In this document: positions 9,121-17,616 of the stretch, one piece after another
Layout of the letters: each line of letters starts with the position of its first letter
How positions within the stretch are numbered: the stretch's first letter is position 1
Virus record (IMG/VR): IMGVR_UViG_3300030329_004627
DNA from: an uncultured virus (IMG/VR IMGVR_UViG_3300030329_004627)
Lineage: Duplodnaviria; Heunggongvirae; Uroviricota; Caudoviricetes
Length of the DNA: 64,000 nt
Strand: one strand, 5' to 3'
The notes under the pieces: model-generated
The model's database searches: none
Told to the model about the DNA's origin: nothing
Seen by the model: only the letters and a program-made list of their open reading frames with translations
Program-made: the position numbers and the translations under genes

Positions 9121-9899
9121 ATAAAGATGAGCAAATCTTAAGAGAAAGCATACGACATTTAATAAAGTATGTCAAGCAAAAAAAACAAAACGAAGAAAGT
9201 CAGATTAGAAAATCTTTAAAAGAACTTCTAAGACTTGAATTAAAAGTTATGCTTAGTGAAGCAGATGTTCCAGATGTTGATCCAACTCCTAATAAATCAA
9301 CGGGCATTAATGTGCTAGAACAATTGTTAAAGAAAATTGTTCCTGTATTGGAAACTGATTTTAAATCTCTTACTACGTCTGTTGATCAAAGAAATTCATT
9401 TAGAGCACACATTGTTAATGCGGTGATTAATACATTAACTCCTGCAAAAGTTAACAACGAAGCTGGCGAAGAAAAATCTCTTGATGAAGAAATTGATATT
9501 CAAATCGGAGATGATGACGATAAGTTTATTGACATCAGAACTGATGCAGAGAAGAAAGCCGAAGAAGAAGAAAATGCCCCAGACGCCCGCGAAGAATTTG
9601 GTTCAGGTGTCGATGGAGATGAAACTGGTCGTAACATGGCTTACGAAAGCTTCAAAAAAATTGAATCAAGCGTGATTGACTCTTATGAGTTGCTTTCTAA
9701 TCCTGAAGATCAAGAAGTTTTTTATGATTATTTAATTGCTAATCTCAAGCTTTATTTTGATAAGTTTGAGGGAGAGCTAGCTGATACAGTTAGCGAACCA
9801 ACAAACCAAGCTTACGATAGCGCAAAAGAAGAACCTGCTCCTGAAGAAGGTGGTGGCTTTGATTTAGGCGGAGAAGAAGAACTGGAAATTGAACTATGA
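9117..9899 (+). CDS. Acidic hypothetical protein (possible head-associated)
   Basis: 260-aa ORF with LRESIR helix and acidic tail. Confidence 0.75.
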   Translation: MNKDEQILRESIRHLIKYVKQKKQNEESQIRKSLKELLRLELKVMLSEADVPDVDPTPNKSTGINVLEQLLKKIVPVLETDFKSLTTSVDQRNSFRAHIVNAVINTLTPAKVNNEAGEEKSLDEEIDIQIGDDDDKFIDIRTDAEKKAEEEENAPDAREEFGSGVDGDETGRNMAYESFKKIESSVIDSYELLSNPEDQEVFYDYLIANLKLYFDKFEGELADTVSEPTNQAYDSAKEEPAPEEGGGFDLGGEEELEIEL

Positions 9900-10747
9900 A
9901 ATTATTGATAGAAAATTTTAGAAAATATCGCGCTGAGCATGATTTTAAATTATTGTGTGAAAATTTTGATCGTGGAATTATAACTGAACAAGAATTGTAT
10001 GAGACTTGGGAACGTCAAGTACTTTTAGAAATGGACAATCTTATTGAAGAAGGTATTATGGACATTCTTCAGCAAGGATATCAAAAAGGAAAAGAACTAG
10101 TTGGCAAAGCAAAAGAAATGTATGACGCCGCTGTTCAAAAAGTGTCTGATTTTATTTTAAAACTTTCCACTCAAGCTTTTATGTTGATGGAAAAAGCTAA
10201 AGTTATGCTAGCTAAAATAGCCGGGGTGTTAAGAAAAGCTTATAATTTTATTAATAAATTTTGCGGTGCCCATCCAATTTTATGTAGAGTAGTCAAAATT
10301 CTACTTATAATGATTTCTATAGCTGCTGTGATGGCTTTATTTGCTAGCCCGGCACAGGCTTCTGTAGATGTTAGTGGAATGTACCCTGATGAAAGCCAGT
10401 CTAGCTTATTAACTGATAGCGGGTTAGAAGCAATTAAAGGAATGATGGCTTTAGGAACAGAAGACGCGGATCCAGACGTTCAACAAGCTGCAGTTGATGC
10501 TTTCAATTGGCTAGAGCAAGCGCATAAAAGTGAACAAGTAGTCGACTTGGCAAAAGAAGGCCCAGAGCTGGTTCAGAAATTTTATCTAAAGGTAGATGCT
10601 GAAAGTCCAGAGATGTTTGATCTACTAGTTGACATAGGAAAAGAAACTACAACAGTCACAAGAAAGTATTCCGAAACAATACTGTTAGATAATAAAACGA
10701 CTATTAAAACTTTTTCTCACCAAGCATTAAAGGCTCCGTCATTTTGA
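9896..10747 (+). CDS. Hypothetical protein with MKLLIENFR leader and one internal TM segment
   Basis: Leader motif; ILLIMISIAAVMALFA hydrophobic stretch. Confidence 0.75.
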   Translation: MKLLIENFRKYRAEHDFKLLCENFDRGIITEQELYETWERQVLLEMDNLIEEGIMDILQQGYQKGKELVGKAKEMYDAAVQKVSDFILKLSTQAFMLMEKAKVMLAKIAGVLRKAYNFINKFCGAHPILCRVVKILLIMISIAAVMALFASPAQASVDVSGMYPDESQSSLLTDSGLEAIKGMMALGTEDADPDVQQAAVDAFNWLEQAHKSEQVVDLAKEGPELVQKFYLKVDAESPEMFDLLVDIGKETTTVTRKYSETILLDNKTTIKTFSHQALKAPSF

Positions 10748-10802
10748 CTGCGACTACGGCAAGTTGAAAACACTTGTGAAAACATTTTTTCGCAATTGTC
10801 AC

Positions 10803-10831
10803 TTGACAAGCTTTCTGAAATCAGTTACCTT
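10803..10831 (+). promoter_or_regulatory. Sigma70-like promoter
   Basis: TTGACA-N17-TACCTT upstream of ATG 10842. Confidence 0.55.
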
Positions 10832-10841
10832 TATATATGTG

Positions 10842-11189
10842 ATGGCAAACAAACAAAAGCTTTCAACTACTATCAATAAAAGCATTATAACTAAATTAAG
10901 AGATCAAAACAAGTTAAATGATAGTTTATTAGTGTTAATTTCTAATCTTACATTAGAAGACCTTATAGCTATCAAGTTAGAGCTTTCATGTAATCTTATT
11001 AATAACAGGTTGTATGGTTTTGATATTTGGAGAAACTCTAATAAGATTGTTCAGGAAGCAATTTTAAAGTTTGCAATCTCAACAACCAAATCTAAAAAAG
11101 ATGCAGCAAGATTCTTAGATCTTACCTATGTAGAATTTAAGAAACTTCTCAGAAAGTACGAAGTAGAAAATTACTTCAACGATGTTTGA
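10842..11189 (+). CDS. Fis-like HTH protein
   Basis: C-terminal SKKDAARFLDLTYVEFKKLLRKY. Start placed at ATG 10842, downstream of the promoter. Confidence 0.6.
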   Translation: MANKQKLSTTINKSIITKLRDQNKLNDSLLVLISNLTLEDLIAIKLELSCNLINNRLYGFDIWRNSNKIVQEAILKFAISTTKSKKDAARFLDLTYVEFKKLLRKYEVENYFNDV

Positions 11190-11199
11190 AAAACTTAAA

Positions 11200-11301
11200 C
11201 CAACCGTTTAACTAAAGTAAGTTAACATCCTGATGCCTAATAAGGATGTAAAACATTTGGAAGGCTAGCGAGTGGGGAGCAAAAGAACCACAGACGGTTG
11301 G
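11200..11301 (+). ncRNA. Candidate structured RNA (multibranch, possible pseudoknot)
   Basis: Closing helix CCAACCGTTT/AGACGGTTGG with internal hairpins AACT/AGTT, ACATCCT/AGGATGT and GTGG/CCAC. Confidence 0.5.
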
Positions 11302-11309
11302 CTTTTTAT

Positions 11310-11645
11310 GGGAGCGAAATGGATTCGACAGGGTAAGGATGAAGTCGAGTGCAAGTAGGTAAGATACAGCCTTAATAGTTCAAAATAATAGTTGCAAATA
11401 ATAACACACATTTCGAAGCAGCACGCTTAGCGGCTTAATCGAGGAGGCCGATTAGAGCCTTCTATCCAATCTAATCAAAATAACAGACAAGTTATAAAAA
11501 TCAAACCATCTAATGCAACAGGACGGTAAGCATTGGATTATAGCCGTCTACTTTTGTTGGTAGTTGATAAAAACCAACTAAGCTTGTGAATGACTTGCCT
11601 TTTGAAGTATCGTGGACGCGGGTTCGACTCCCGCCGCTTCCACCA
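11310..11645 (+). ncRNA. ssrA: tmRNA
   Basis: 5' GGGAGCG...GGATTCGAC; 3' GGTTCGACTCCCGCCGCTTCCACCA; G3-U pair in the acceptor stem; tag frame 11394-11438 reads ANNNTHFEAARLAA*. Confidence 0.95.
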
Positions 11646-11665
11646 TTTAATTAAGGAGAAATAAA

Positions 11666-11833
11666 ATGAGAGAATTTTTAAGTTCACGTTATGTTAGTCT
11701 TGGATGCTCAGTAATCAACGGCGTATTTGCCGTTACTATGCTTCTTGATGAAAGCTGGATCCTCGCTGGTATTTGTGTATTGGCGTCTGGTTATTGCTTT
11801 GGAAATTATGTTAAGGCTAATAAAAATGAATAA
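11666..11833 (+). CDS. Small 2-TM membrane protein, 55 aa (not in ORF track)
   Basis: Strong SD AAGGAGA; MREFLSSRYVSLGCSVINGVFAVTMLLDESWILAGICVLASGYCFGNYVKANKNE. Confidence 0.7.
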   Translation: MREFLSSRYVSLGCSVINGVFAVTMLLDESWILAGICVLASGYCFGNYVKANKNE

Positions 11834-12026
11834 ATTTATACAAAATATACGAAATAAGATACAATACAAACAAGTACAAAAAGTGCACATCATCGATGAC
11901 GACTTAGACGATGATGTAACAGACGAAATTGAAAAAGCTTTATGGGTTTTAAAAGAAGATATGGATCTTCCAACAGAAGAAATAGAAAAAGCAGTTAAAA
12001 GTCGTAAAATTATAAAGGATAAATAA
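11826..12026 (+). CDS. Hypothetical protein
   Basis: Probable start ATG 11826, overlapping the previous gene. Confidence 0.6.
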   Translation: MNKFIQNIRNKIQYKQVQKVHIIDDDLDDDVTDEIEKALWVLKEDMDLPTEEIEKAVKSRKIIKDK

Positions 12027-12482
12027 ATGAAAACGGTAACTAATGGAAGCAATGTAACGTTGCACTACAAAGGAACTTTAAATAATGGTGAAGTTTTTGA
12101 TGATTCAAAAGCGCGCGGCTCTACAATGTCGATTACTGTTGGTCAAGGAAGACTAATCAAAGGTTTTGAATCGGCTCTTATTGGAATGACAGAAGGACAA
12201 ACTAAAAATATTAATTTAAACTCTAAGGAGGCATATGGGCCTATTCGTCCTGATGCTATTGTTACAGCTCCAAAAAGCGCTTTTCCTGAAAACTTTGTTT
12301 TTGAAGAAGGTTTGCAAGTCACGGGAAGAACAGCTGAAGGCCAAATGTCGTATGCTAAAATTGTCTCGTTTACTGATACAGAAGTAACGTTAGATCATAA
12401 TCACCCTCTTGCTGGTCAAGATCTTAACTTTGAAATTGAAATGGTCAAAATTGATGACTCAGAAACTAATACAAATGAGTAA
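12027..12482 (+). CDS. FKBP-type peptidyl-prolyl isomerase (SlyD/FkpB-like)
   Basis: VTLHYKGTLNNGEVFD, LIKGFESALIGM, LDHNHPLAGQDLNFEIE. Confidence 0.92.
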   Translation: MKTVTNGSNVTLHYKGTLNNGEVFDDSKARGSTMSITVGQGRLIKGFESALIGMTEGQTKNINLNSKEAYGPIRPDAIVTAPKSAFPENFVFEEGLQVTGRTAEGQMSYAKIVSFTDTEVTLDHNHPLAGQDLNFEIEMVKIDDSETNTNE

Positions 12483-12489
12483 TTAATAT

Positions 12490-12741
12490 GTGAATGACGA
12501 CGGATACCAGTTTCGTGTCGGCGATATTGTAAGAGAAAAAGAATTTATTACAATAGGTTATGACGATCAAATGACTGGTATTGTCGTCGCAGTCGACTCT
12601 ACGTTTCACATGAACGAAAGAGTTATTCACGATAGACTTACTATTATGTGGTTTGAAACCGGCGCCCAAGAAGAGATGCCTGATGTTCTTGTGGAGCTGG
12701 TTTCTTCCGTTGTGAGTATAAAAAAACCAAAAAAAGCTTGA
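12490..12741 (+). CDS. Small SH3/KOW-like hypothetical protein
   Basis: FRVGDIVRE...TGIVVAV...IMWF. Confidence 0.65.
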   Translation: MNDDGYQFRVGDIVREKEFITIGYDDQMTGIVVAVDSTFHMNERVIHDRLTIMWFETGAQEEMPDVLVELVSSVVSIKKPKKA

Positions 12742-12767
12742 CTACATATAATAAGTGGTTATATTAT
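12738..12767 (+). promoter_or_regulatory. Sigma70-like promoter of hsp20
   Basis: TTGACT...GTGGTTATATTAT. Confidence 0.5.
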
Positions 12768-12829
12768 AGACGTTGGTAGATCAATGCGACTGCTGACAAG
12801 CTTATACTAAACAGATAAGGAGAAATATT

Positions 12830-13315
12830 ATGACTACAATAGTAAGGCGAAATAACCTAGCCCCAAGGGCATTTTCGAAGAACGAGTTTTTAACTCCGTT
12901 CGATCGACTTTTTGATGATATGCTTGGAAGTATGTTTCCAACTGTATCGAGAGATTTGGGAGAAGACTTTTTTCATAAAGGCTCTTACCCAAAGGTAAAT
13001 GTTATTAATAATGACGAGAGCGTGTTGATTGAGGCAGCTATTCCCGGTATGCGACGAGAAGACGTATCGGTTGAAGTTGCAGAAGGTGTGCTGACTATTC
13101 AAGGCACCAGCAATCAACACGAAGACATAAAAGACGGACAGTATGTTAAGCGCGAAATTAAACGTTCCGCATTTCAGCGCTCCTTCCGTCTTGGAGACAA
13201 TTTGGATGAGTCGCAAATTAAAGGAAATTATGATAACGGAATTCTTACTTTGACCATCCCAAAAGTCGTACCAACCGAAGAAGAAAGAACGGTGCGAAAG
13301 ATAGAAATTTCGTGA
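12830..13315 (+). CDS. Small heat-shock protein Hsp20
   Basis: YPKVNV, AAIPGM, FQRSFRL, YDNGILTLTIPK; SD AAGGAGA. Confidence 0.95.
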   Translation: MTTIVRRNNLAPRAFSKNEFLTPFDRLFDDMLGSMFPTVSRDLGEDFFHKGSYPKVNVINNDESVLIEAAIPGMRREDVSVEVAEGVLTIQGTSNQHEDIKDGQYVKREIKRSAFQRSFRLGDNLDESQIKGNYDNGILTLTIPKVVPTEEERTVRKIEIS

Positions 13316-13322
13316 CTTTCTC

Positions 13323-13351
13323 GGGGGGCTTTTTGCCCCCCATTTTTTTTT
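13323..13351 (+). terminator. Intrinsic terminator
   Basis: GGGGGC-TTTTT-GCCCCC hairpin followed by a long T run after hsp20. Confidence 0.85.
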
Positions 13352-13435
13352 ATAAAAAACTTGAAATTTTTGGTATGATTAAAAGACGATCTTTATACGT
13401 ATTAATGGAGGCGTTTATTACGAATCATAAAAAAA

Positions 13436-13897
13436 ATGGAAATAAAAGTAGCGTTTTATAAAGGCAGGGGCGATTTATTTAATAAAATCGTTAGATGGTG
13501 GACAAAAAGTCCTTACTCTCATGCTGAGCTAATTTTGCCTGACGGCGTTACTTGGATTCGAATCGGTCCTTTTTCATTGTCGAAATTATCTGCTGTAAAA
13601 AGAGAAAATTGGGATCCTAAAAATTGGGATTTTGTAACTTTAAAAGTCACCGAAGAACAAGTAGAAACAATAAAAGAGTTTTTTGAACGTACAAAAGGCT
13701 GCCGTTATGATTGGTGGGGAATGATTCTTTCACATCTTGTGCCTTTTAAAATTAAACAAAAAGGAAAATGGTATTGTAGCGAGTGGATTGCACATGCTCT
13801 AAGAGTGAGCCGGGTGATCGACTGGAAAAAGGCTAGAATTTTCGAAAGAGCTAAAATTTCTCCCGCAACTTTGTACGATATTATTTCTCTTAAATAA
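13436..13897 (+). CDS. Permuted papain-like (YiiX/YebB-type NlpC/P60) enzyme
   Basis: SPYSHAEL precedes GCRYDW and WYCSEW (His before Cys). Confidence 0.75.
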   Translation: MEIKVAFYKGRGDLFNKIVRWWTKSPYSHAELILPDGVTWIRIGPFSLSKLSAVKRENWDPKNWDFVTLKVTEEQVETIKEFFERTKGCRYDWWGMILSHLVPFKIKQKGKWYCSEWIAHALRVSRVIDWKKARIFERAKISPATLYDIISLK

Positions 13898-13952
13898 TAA
13901 AATTTAGCAAAGAAGACGTTTTTAGTAAGTCATCCCCTACGTACTAATAGGG

Positions 13953-14990
13953 ATGGCACTCAAATTATTTAAACAACTGCTAGTATTTGTAGCAGCCGTT
14001 TTAACTGGCTGCACGACCAACATGGATTATTACATAGTTGGCACGGGGACCGAGATAGAAACTGAAGTTGTTTATGAAACTGTCTACGAAGAAATAGAAG
14101 TTCCAGTTTATATTGAAATAGAAGTCCCAGCCGATCCAGGTTTAATTTGGATAGATTCTTTTATTCAGCCTCGTTCAGTTGATGGAGTAGACATTCTTTG
14201 GGTTATTGATACTTCAGGCTCTATGAATCGGTATGACCCAGAATTAATGGCTGGAATTGAAGCCATGCTGTTAGCTCTTCCTGAAAGCGGCTGGAGATTG
14301 GCGATGATGTCTAATGATCCACCATCAGCATCAATAGAATCTCAATTTCCTTTGGTTCCTGGCGACGATATTGTTGATGCAGAAAACATGTATAATAACA
14401 TGGGAAGAGGTCATAGCGAAGAAGGATTCGATGCAGCGTATGAATACCTTATGAATAATACATACGCTCAAACTTGGTTAAGGCACGATGCAGCGCTTTT
14501 AATAGTTTTTGTTTCAGACGAAGAAGAGCAGAGCGATGTTCATTTTCCAACAGTTGATAGTTTTATTTCTTGGTACCAAACACAGCGTGGAGGATCCGCT
14601 TATTTATCAAGTATTGTAAATTTAGATCCATCTGAATCGCTTTGTAATACCAATTCATACAATAATGGCGATAGATATGTGGAGGCCACAAATCATTTTG
14701 CAGGCCAAATAGTAGATATTTGCTCTGAAGACTGGTCTGCTGGGGTTATAGATGCCGCGGCAAGATTAGAGCCTTATGAATACATTCAATTGACTTATGA
14801 GCCTATTGAAGAATCAATCAGAGTTTTTATAAATGGTGCTTTAAATTATGATTGGTATTACTCTTCTACAGATAATACTATATACTTTACGGTCATACCG
14901 GGCGGGAATGACTTAGTAGAGGTTGGGTATCGTTACTTTCCAGATGAAGGAGGTGACACCGGAGACACCGGATTAGATACCGCTGCATAG
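13953..14990 (+). CDS. vWA-domain lipoprotein
   Basis: Lipobox-like VLTGC; DILWVIDTSGSM (MIDAS); LIVFVSDEEEQS. Confidence 0.8.
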   Translation: MALKLFKQLLVFVAAVLTGCTTNMDYYIVGTGTEIETEVVYETVYEEIEVPVYIEIEVPADPGLIWIDSFIQPRSVDGVDILWVIDTSGSMNRYDPELMAGIEAMLLALPESGWRLAMMSNDPPSASIESQFPLVPGDDIVDAENMYNNMGRGHSEEGFDAAYEYLMNNTYAQTWLRHDAALLIVFVSDEEEQSDVHFPTVDSFISWYQTQRGGSAYLSSIVNLDPSESLCNTNSYNNGDRYVEATNHFAGQIVDICSEDWSAGVIDAAARLEPYEYIQLTYEPIEESIRVFINGALNYDWYYSSTDNTIYFTVIPGGNDLVEVGYRYFPDEGGDTGDTGLDTAA

Positions 14991-15003
14991 GGGAGGACGC
15001 AGT

Positions 15004-15297
15004 ATGGAAATTTTTGGAATTATATTATTTATGAACTTGTGTATCTTTGGATATTTTGCTTATAGTTTTATGCAATATAGAAAAAACGAAAAATATAGAA
15101 CACAAGAACTCAATCATAAGGTACAATGTTTATTGGATCAGGCTGAGCGTGACTATCAAGCCGAGAGACAGGCGGAATTAAACGAGAAACCTGTCACCAA
15201 TATTTTCAGAGAGCATGTAATTGACGAGATATCCAAACAACGACTCATCTACGACGAGGAATCTGGAAGATACATCAGATTACGGCAGATCAAATAG
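15004..15297 (+). CDS. Membrane-anchored hypothetical protein
   Basis: SD GGAGG; N-terminal TM helix. Confidence 0.7.
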   Translation: MEIFGIILFMNLCIFGYFAYSFMQYRKNEKYRTQELNHKVQCLLDQAERDYQAERQAELNEKPVTNIFREHVIDEISKQRLIYDEESGRYIRLRQIK

Positions 15298-15565
15298 AAG
15301 GCCACCAGAGCCCCCTGATCCTTTTGGTTCGTTAGATTTATCGTTTATTGCCAAAGGAATACTTTACATTTGCGCAACAGTGGTTATAATTGTATTTGTA
15401 AACTCTTGTCAAGTAGACGAAGAGGTTATCAAGCAATGTGAGACATCTTGTAGTTCTAACGGTAACCGCATGGATTCAGTGTCTATTTTTGGTTGCGACT
15501 GCGAACAAAAACAAGATGCCCTTACATCGCCGTGGGTATTGCCCCCATCCCCAGCAGGAGATTAA
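15221..15565 (+). CDS. Single-TM Cys-containing hypothetical protein (start uncertain)
   Basis: TM segment followed by CETSC...GCDC. Confidence 0.55.
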   Translation: MTRYPNNDSSTTRNLEDTSDYGRSNRRPPEPPDPFGSLDLSFIAKGILYICATVVIIVFVNSCQVDEEVIKQCETSCSSNGNRMDSVSIFGCDCEQKQDALTSPWVLPPSPAGD

Positions 15566-16372
15566 ATGATTCAGCCCCAACACCTAGTTTTATTTGACGT
15601 TGACGGAACACTAACTGAAGCAAGGAAGCCAATACAAAAAGCAATGTTAAAAGCTCTCCGCGAATTGTCAAGATATGCAGAAATAGGATTTTTAACAGGC
15701 TCAGGCTTAGAATATATTAAAGAACAATTGTGGCCAGCGTTAGCTGATCCTATTATTAGGCAAAACTGCCATTTGTTACCGTGTAATGGAACTGAATATG
15801 TCATACCATATGGCGATGAAGAAATAATTTTTAATGCTATGTCTAAAGAGTATATGATTGATTATATAGGCAGTTCTGATTTTCAAAAATTAATGAGCTT
15901 TTTATGTGCTCTTCAAGCAGAAATAGTAGAACAAAATAATGATCTTCCGCTAACTGGAAACTTTATTCAAAATCGCGGCTCTATGATTAACTGGTGTCCT
16001 ATTGGTAGAAATGCTTTACAACAAGACAGGAATATTTTCAAATCGCTTGACACACTATATAACATTCGTAAAACATATCTAGATAAGCTCAAACAATATA
16101 TTTCAGCCGCAAAAATGGATGTCACAGTAAAACTAGGCGGAAACACATCATTTGATATTTTTCCTAACGGTTGGGACAAAACATTCGCATTGCAACATTT
16201 TGATGGCCCCAATTGGGTATTTTGGTTTGTAGGTGACCGCTGCAGCCCAACTGGGAATGATTACGAAATATTTTCAGAACTTAAACACACTGGTCGTGCT
16301 TATGAAGTAGGATCGCCAGAAGAAACAGTTGATATAATTGATTTTCATATTTTACGAGATTTAGGAGCATAA
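15566..16372 (+). CDS. Eukaryotic-type phosphomannomutase (HAD-IIB, PMM family)
   Basis: LFDVDGTLT, RGSMINWCPIGRN, GGNTSFDIFPNGWDKT, FVGD...GNDYEI. Confidence 0.88.
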   Translation: MIQPQHLVLFDVDGTLTEARKPIQKAMLKALRELSRYAEIGFLTGSGLEYIKEQLWPALADPIIRQNCHLLPCNGTEYVIPYGDEEIIFNAMSKEYMIDYIGSSDFQKLMSFLCALQAEIVEQNNDLPLTGNFIQNRGSMINWCPIGRNALQQDRNIFKSLDTLYNIRKTYLDKLKQYISAAKMDVTVKLGGNTSFDIFPNGWDKTFALQHFDGPNWVFWFVGDRCSPTGNDYEIFSELKHTGRAYEVGSPEETVDIIDFHILRDLGA

Positions 16373-16374
16373 AG

Positions 16375-16566
16375 ATGGAAAAAACATTTAAGAAGTGGGA
16401 AAAAGTTAGAATTTTTAATAGCTATAGTGATGCAAATGAGTTAAGAACTACAATGCTAGATAATGATGATACAGGACTTTTGGAAGTAAAAGTTCGAAGA
16501 TGTGGCCCGGGTGGATCACAATTTAAAGTAAAGAAATACTTCCCGGAACCAAAGAAAGGAAATTAA
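16375..16566 (+). CDS. Hypothetical protein
   Basis: SD AGGAG; 63 aa. Confidence 0.65.
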   Translation: MEKTFKKWEKVRIFNSYSDANELRTTMLDNDDTGLLEVKVRRCGPGGSQFKVKKYFPEPKKGN

Positions 16567-17079
16567 ATGACAGTTCACGAAAAAATGTACGATAAAAAAT
16601 CTTATGTACCCGATAGCAGACCAACTGTAATGGTGTCTGGAGGCTTTGATCCTGTTCATGCGGGCCATATTCGTATGATCAGAGATGCTGCTAGTCATGG
16701 CGATGTTATTGTTATAGCAAATTCTGATGACTGGCTATATCGCAAAAAAGGTTTTGTATTTATGACTTTTGATCAGCGAGCCGAAATACTTAACGCTATC
16801 AAAGGAGTTATTTTAGTTGACTCAGTGGATGATTCTGATGGAACTGTATGTGAAGCTATCCGAAGATTAAAGCCAGATTTTTTTGCTAACGGAGGTGATC
16901 GAGGAAGATCAAATACTCCTGAGCAGGCAGTTTGCGAAGAGTTAGGTGTAAAATTATTATGGGGAGTCGGCGGTGATAAAAAACTAGCTAGTTCTTCAGA
17001 TTTGGTGCAAAATGTGCGAGATTTCGAGCAATCACTAGCTCCTCCCGTCAGGACTAAAACAAAGCATTCAGAAAGATAA
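16567..17079 (+). CDS. Cytidylyltransferase-like (HxGH) nucleotidyltransferase
   Basis: SGGFDPVHAGH, NSDDWL, FANGGDR, SSS. Confidence 0.9.
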   Translation: MTVHEKMYDKKSYVPDSRPTVMVSGGFDPVHAGHIRMIRDAASHGDVIVIANSDDWLYRKKGFVFMTFDQRAEILNAIKGVILVDSVDDSDGTVCEAIRRLKPDFFANGGDRGRSNTPEQAVCEELGVKLLWGVGGDKKLASSSDLVQNVRDFEQSLAPPVRTKTKHSER

Positions 17080-17082
17080 TAC

Positions 17083-17111
17083 TTGACAACTATTTTTAAA
17101 GTAGTTATAGT
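17083..17111 (+). promoter_or_regulatory. Sigma70-like promoter
   Basis: TTGACA-N17-TATAGT. Confidence 0.65.
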
Positions 17112-17123
17112 ATGGACGAACCA

Positions 17124-17615
17124 ATGAAAGCTTTGAAGTTAGATGCCACATATCGTCCAGTAGGTTTAATAGACGCAGTTGAAGCGTTGGTTCTTTGCCT
17201 TATAGGCAAAGCAAAAGCAATTGAGAATTATTCTAAAGAAATACGCTCTCCTTCAAGCACTTTTCAAATGCCTGCTGTAATTGTTTTAAAAAATATTGTA
17301 AAGTATAGATTTACTGGTATTGTGTGTAACAGGCAGAATGTTATTTGGAGAGATAAAAACACTTGCCAATACTGCGCCAAAAAGTTTACTCCTGAAAATT
17401 TAACAGTTGATCATTTAATACCAAAAAGCAGGGGTGGTCGAAATACTTGGAAAAATTTAGTGGCTGCATGTAAAAAATGTAATCAAAAAAAAGGCTGCAG
17501 AACTCCAAAAGAATGTGGTATGATACCAATAAACAAGCCGACAAAACCAAAAGCAACTATTTTAAAAACTACTACAAAGATTAATGATTTGTGGAAAAAC
17601 TATTTATGGGATTAG
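17124..17615 (+). CDS. HNH endonuclease
   Basis: RDKNTCQYC, LTVDHLIPKSRGG, NLVAACKKCNQKKG. Start 17124 is preferred because 17112 abuts the -10 box. Confidence 0.9.
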   Translation: MKALKLDATYRPVGLIDAVEALVLCLIGKAKAIENYSKEIRSPSSTFQMPAVIVLKNIVKYRFTGIVCNRQNVIWRDKNTCQYCAKKFTPENLTVDHLIPKSRGGRNTWKNLVAACKKCNQKKGCRTPKECGMIPINKPTKPKATILKTTTKINDLWKNYLWD

Positions 17616-17616
17616 A

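Noticed and set aside
11272..11283. GTGGGGAGCAAA matches a conserved 16S rRNA 12-mer
   Set aside because: The flanks do not continue the match and there is no rRNA gene; it is explained as part of a local hairpin or chance.
17124..17615. HNH gene as a mobile intron or homing element
   Set aside because: It is free-standing with its own promoter; no interrupted gene or intron structure flanks it.
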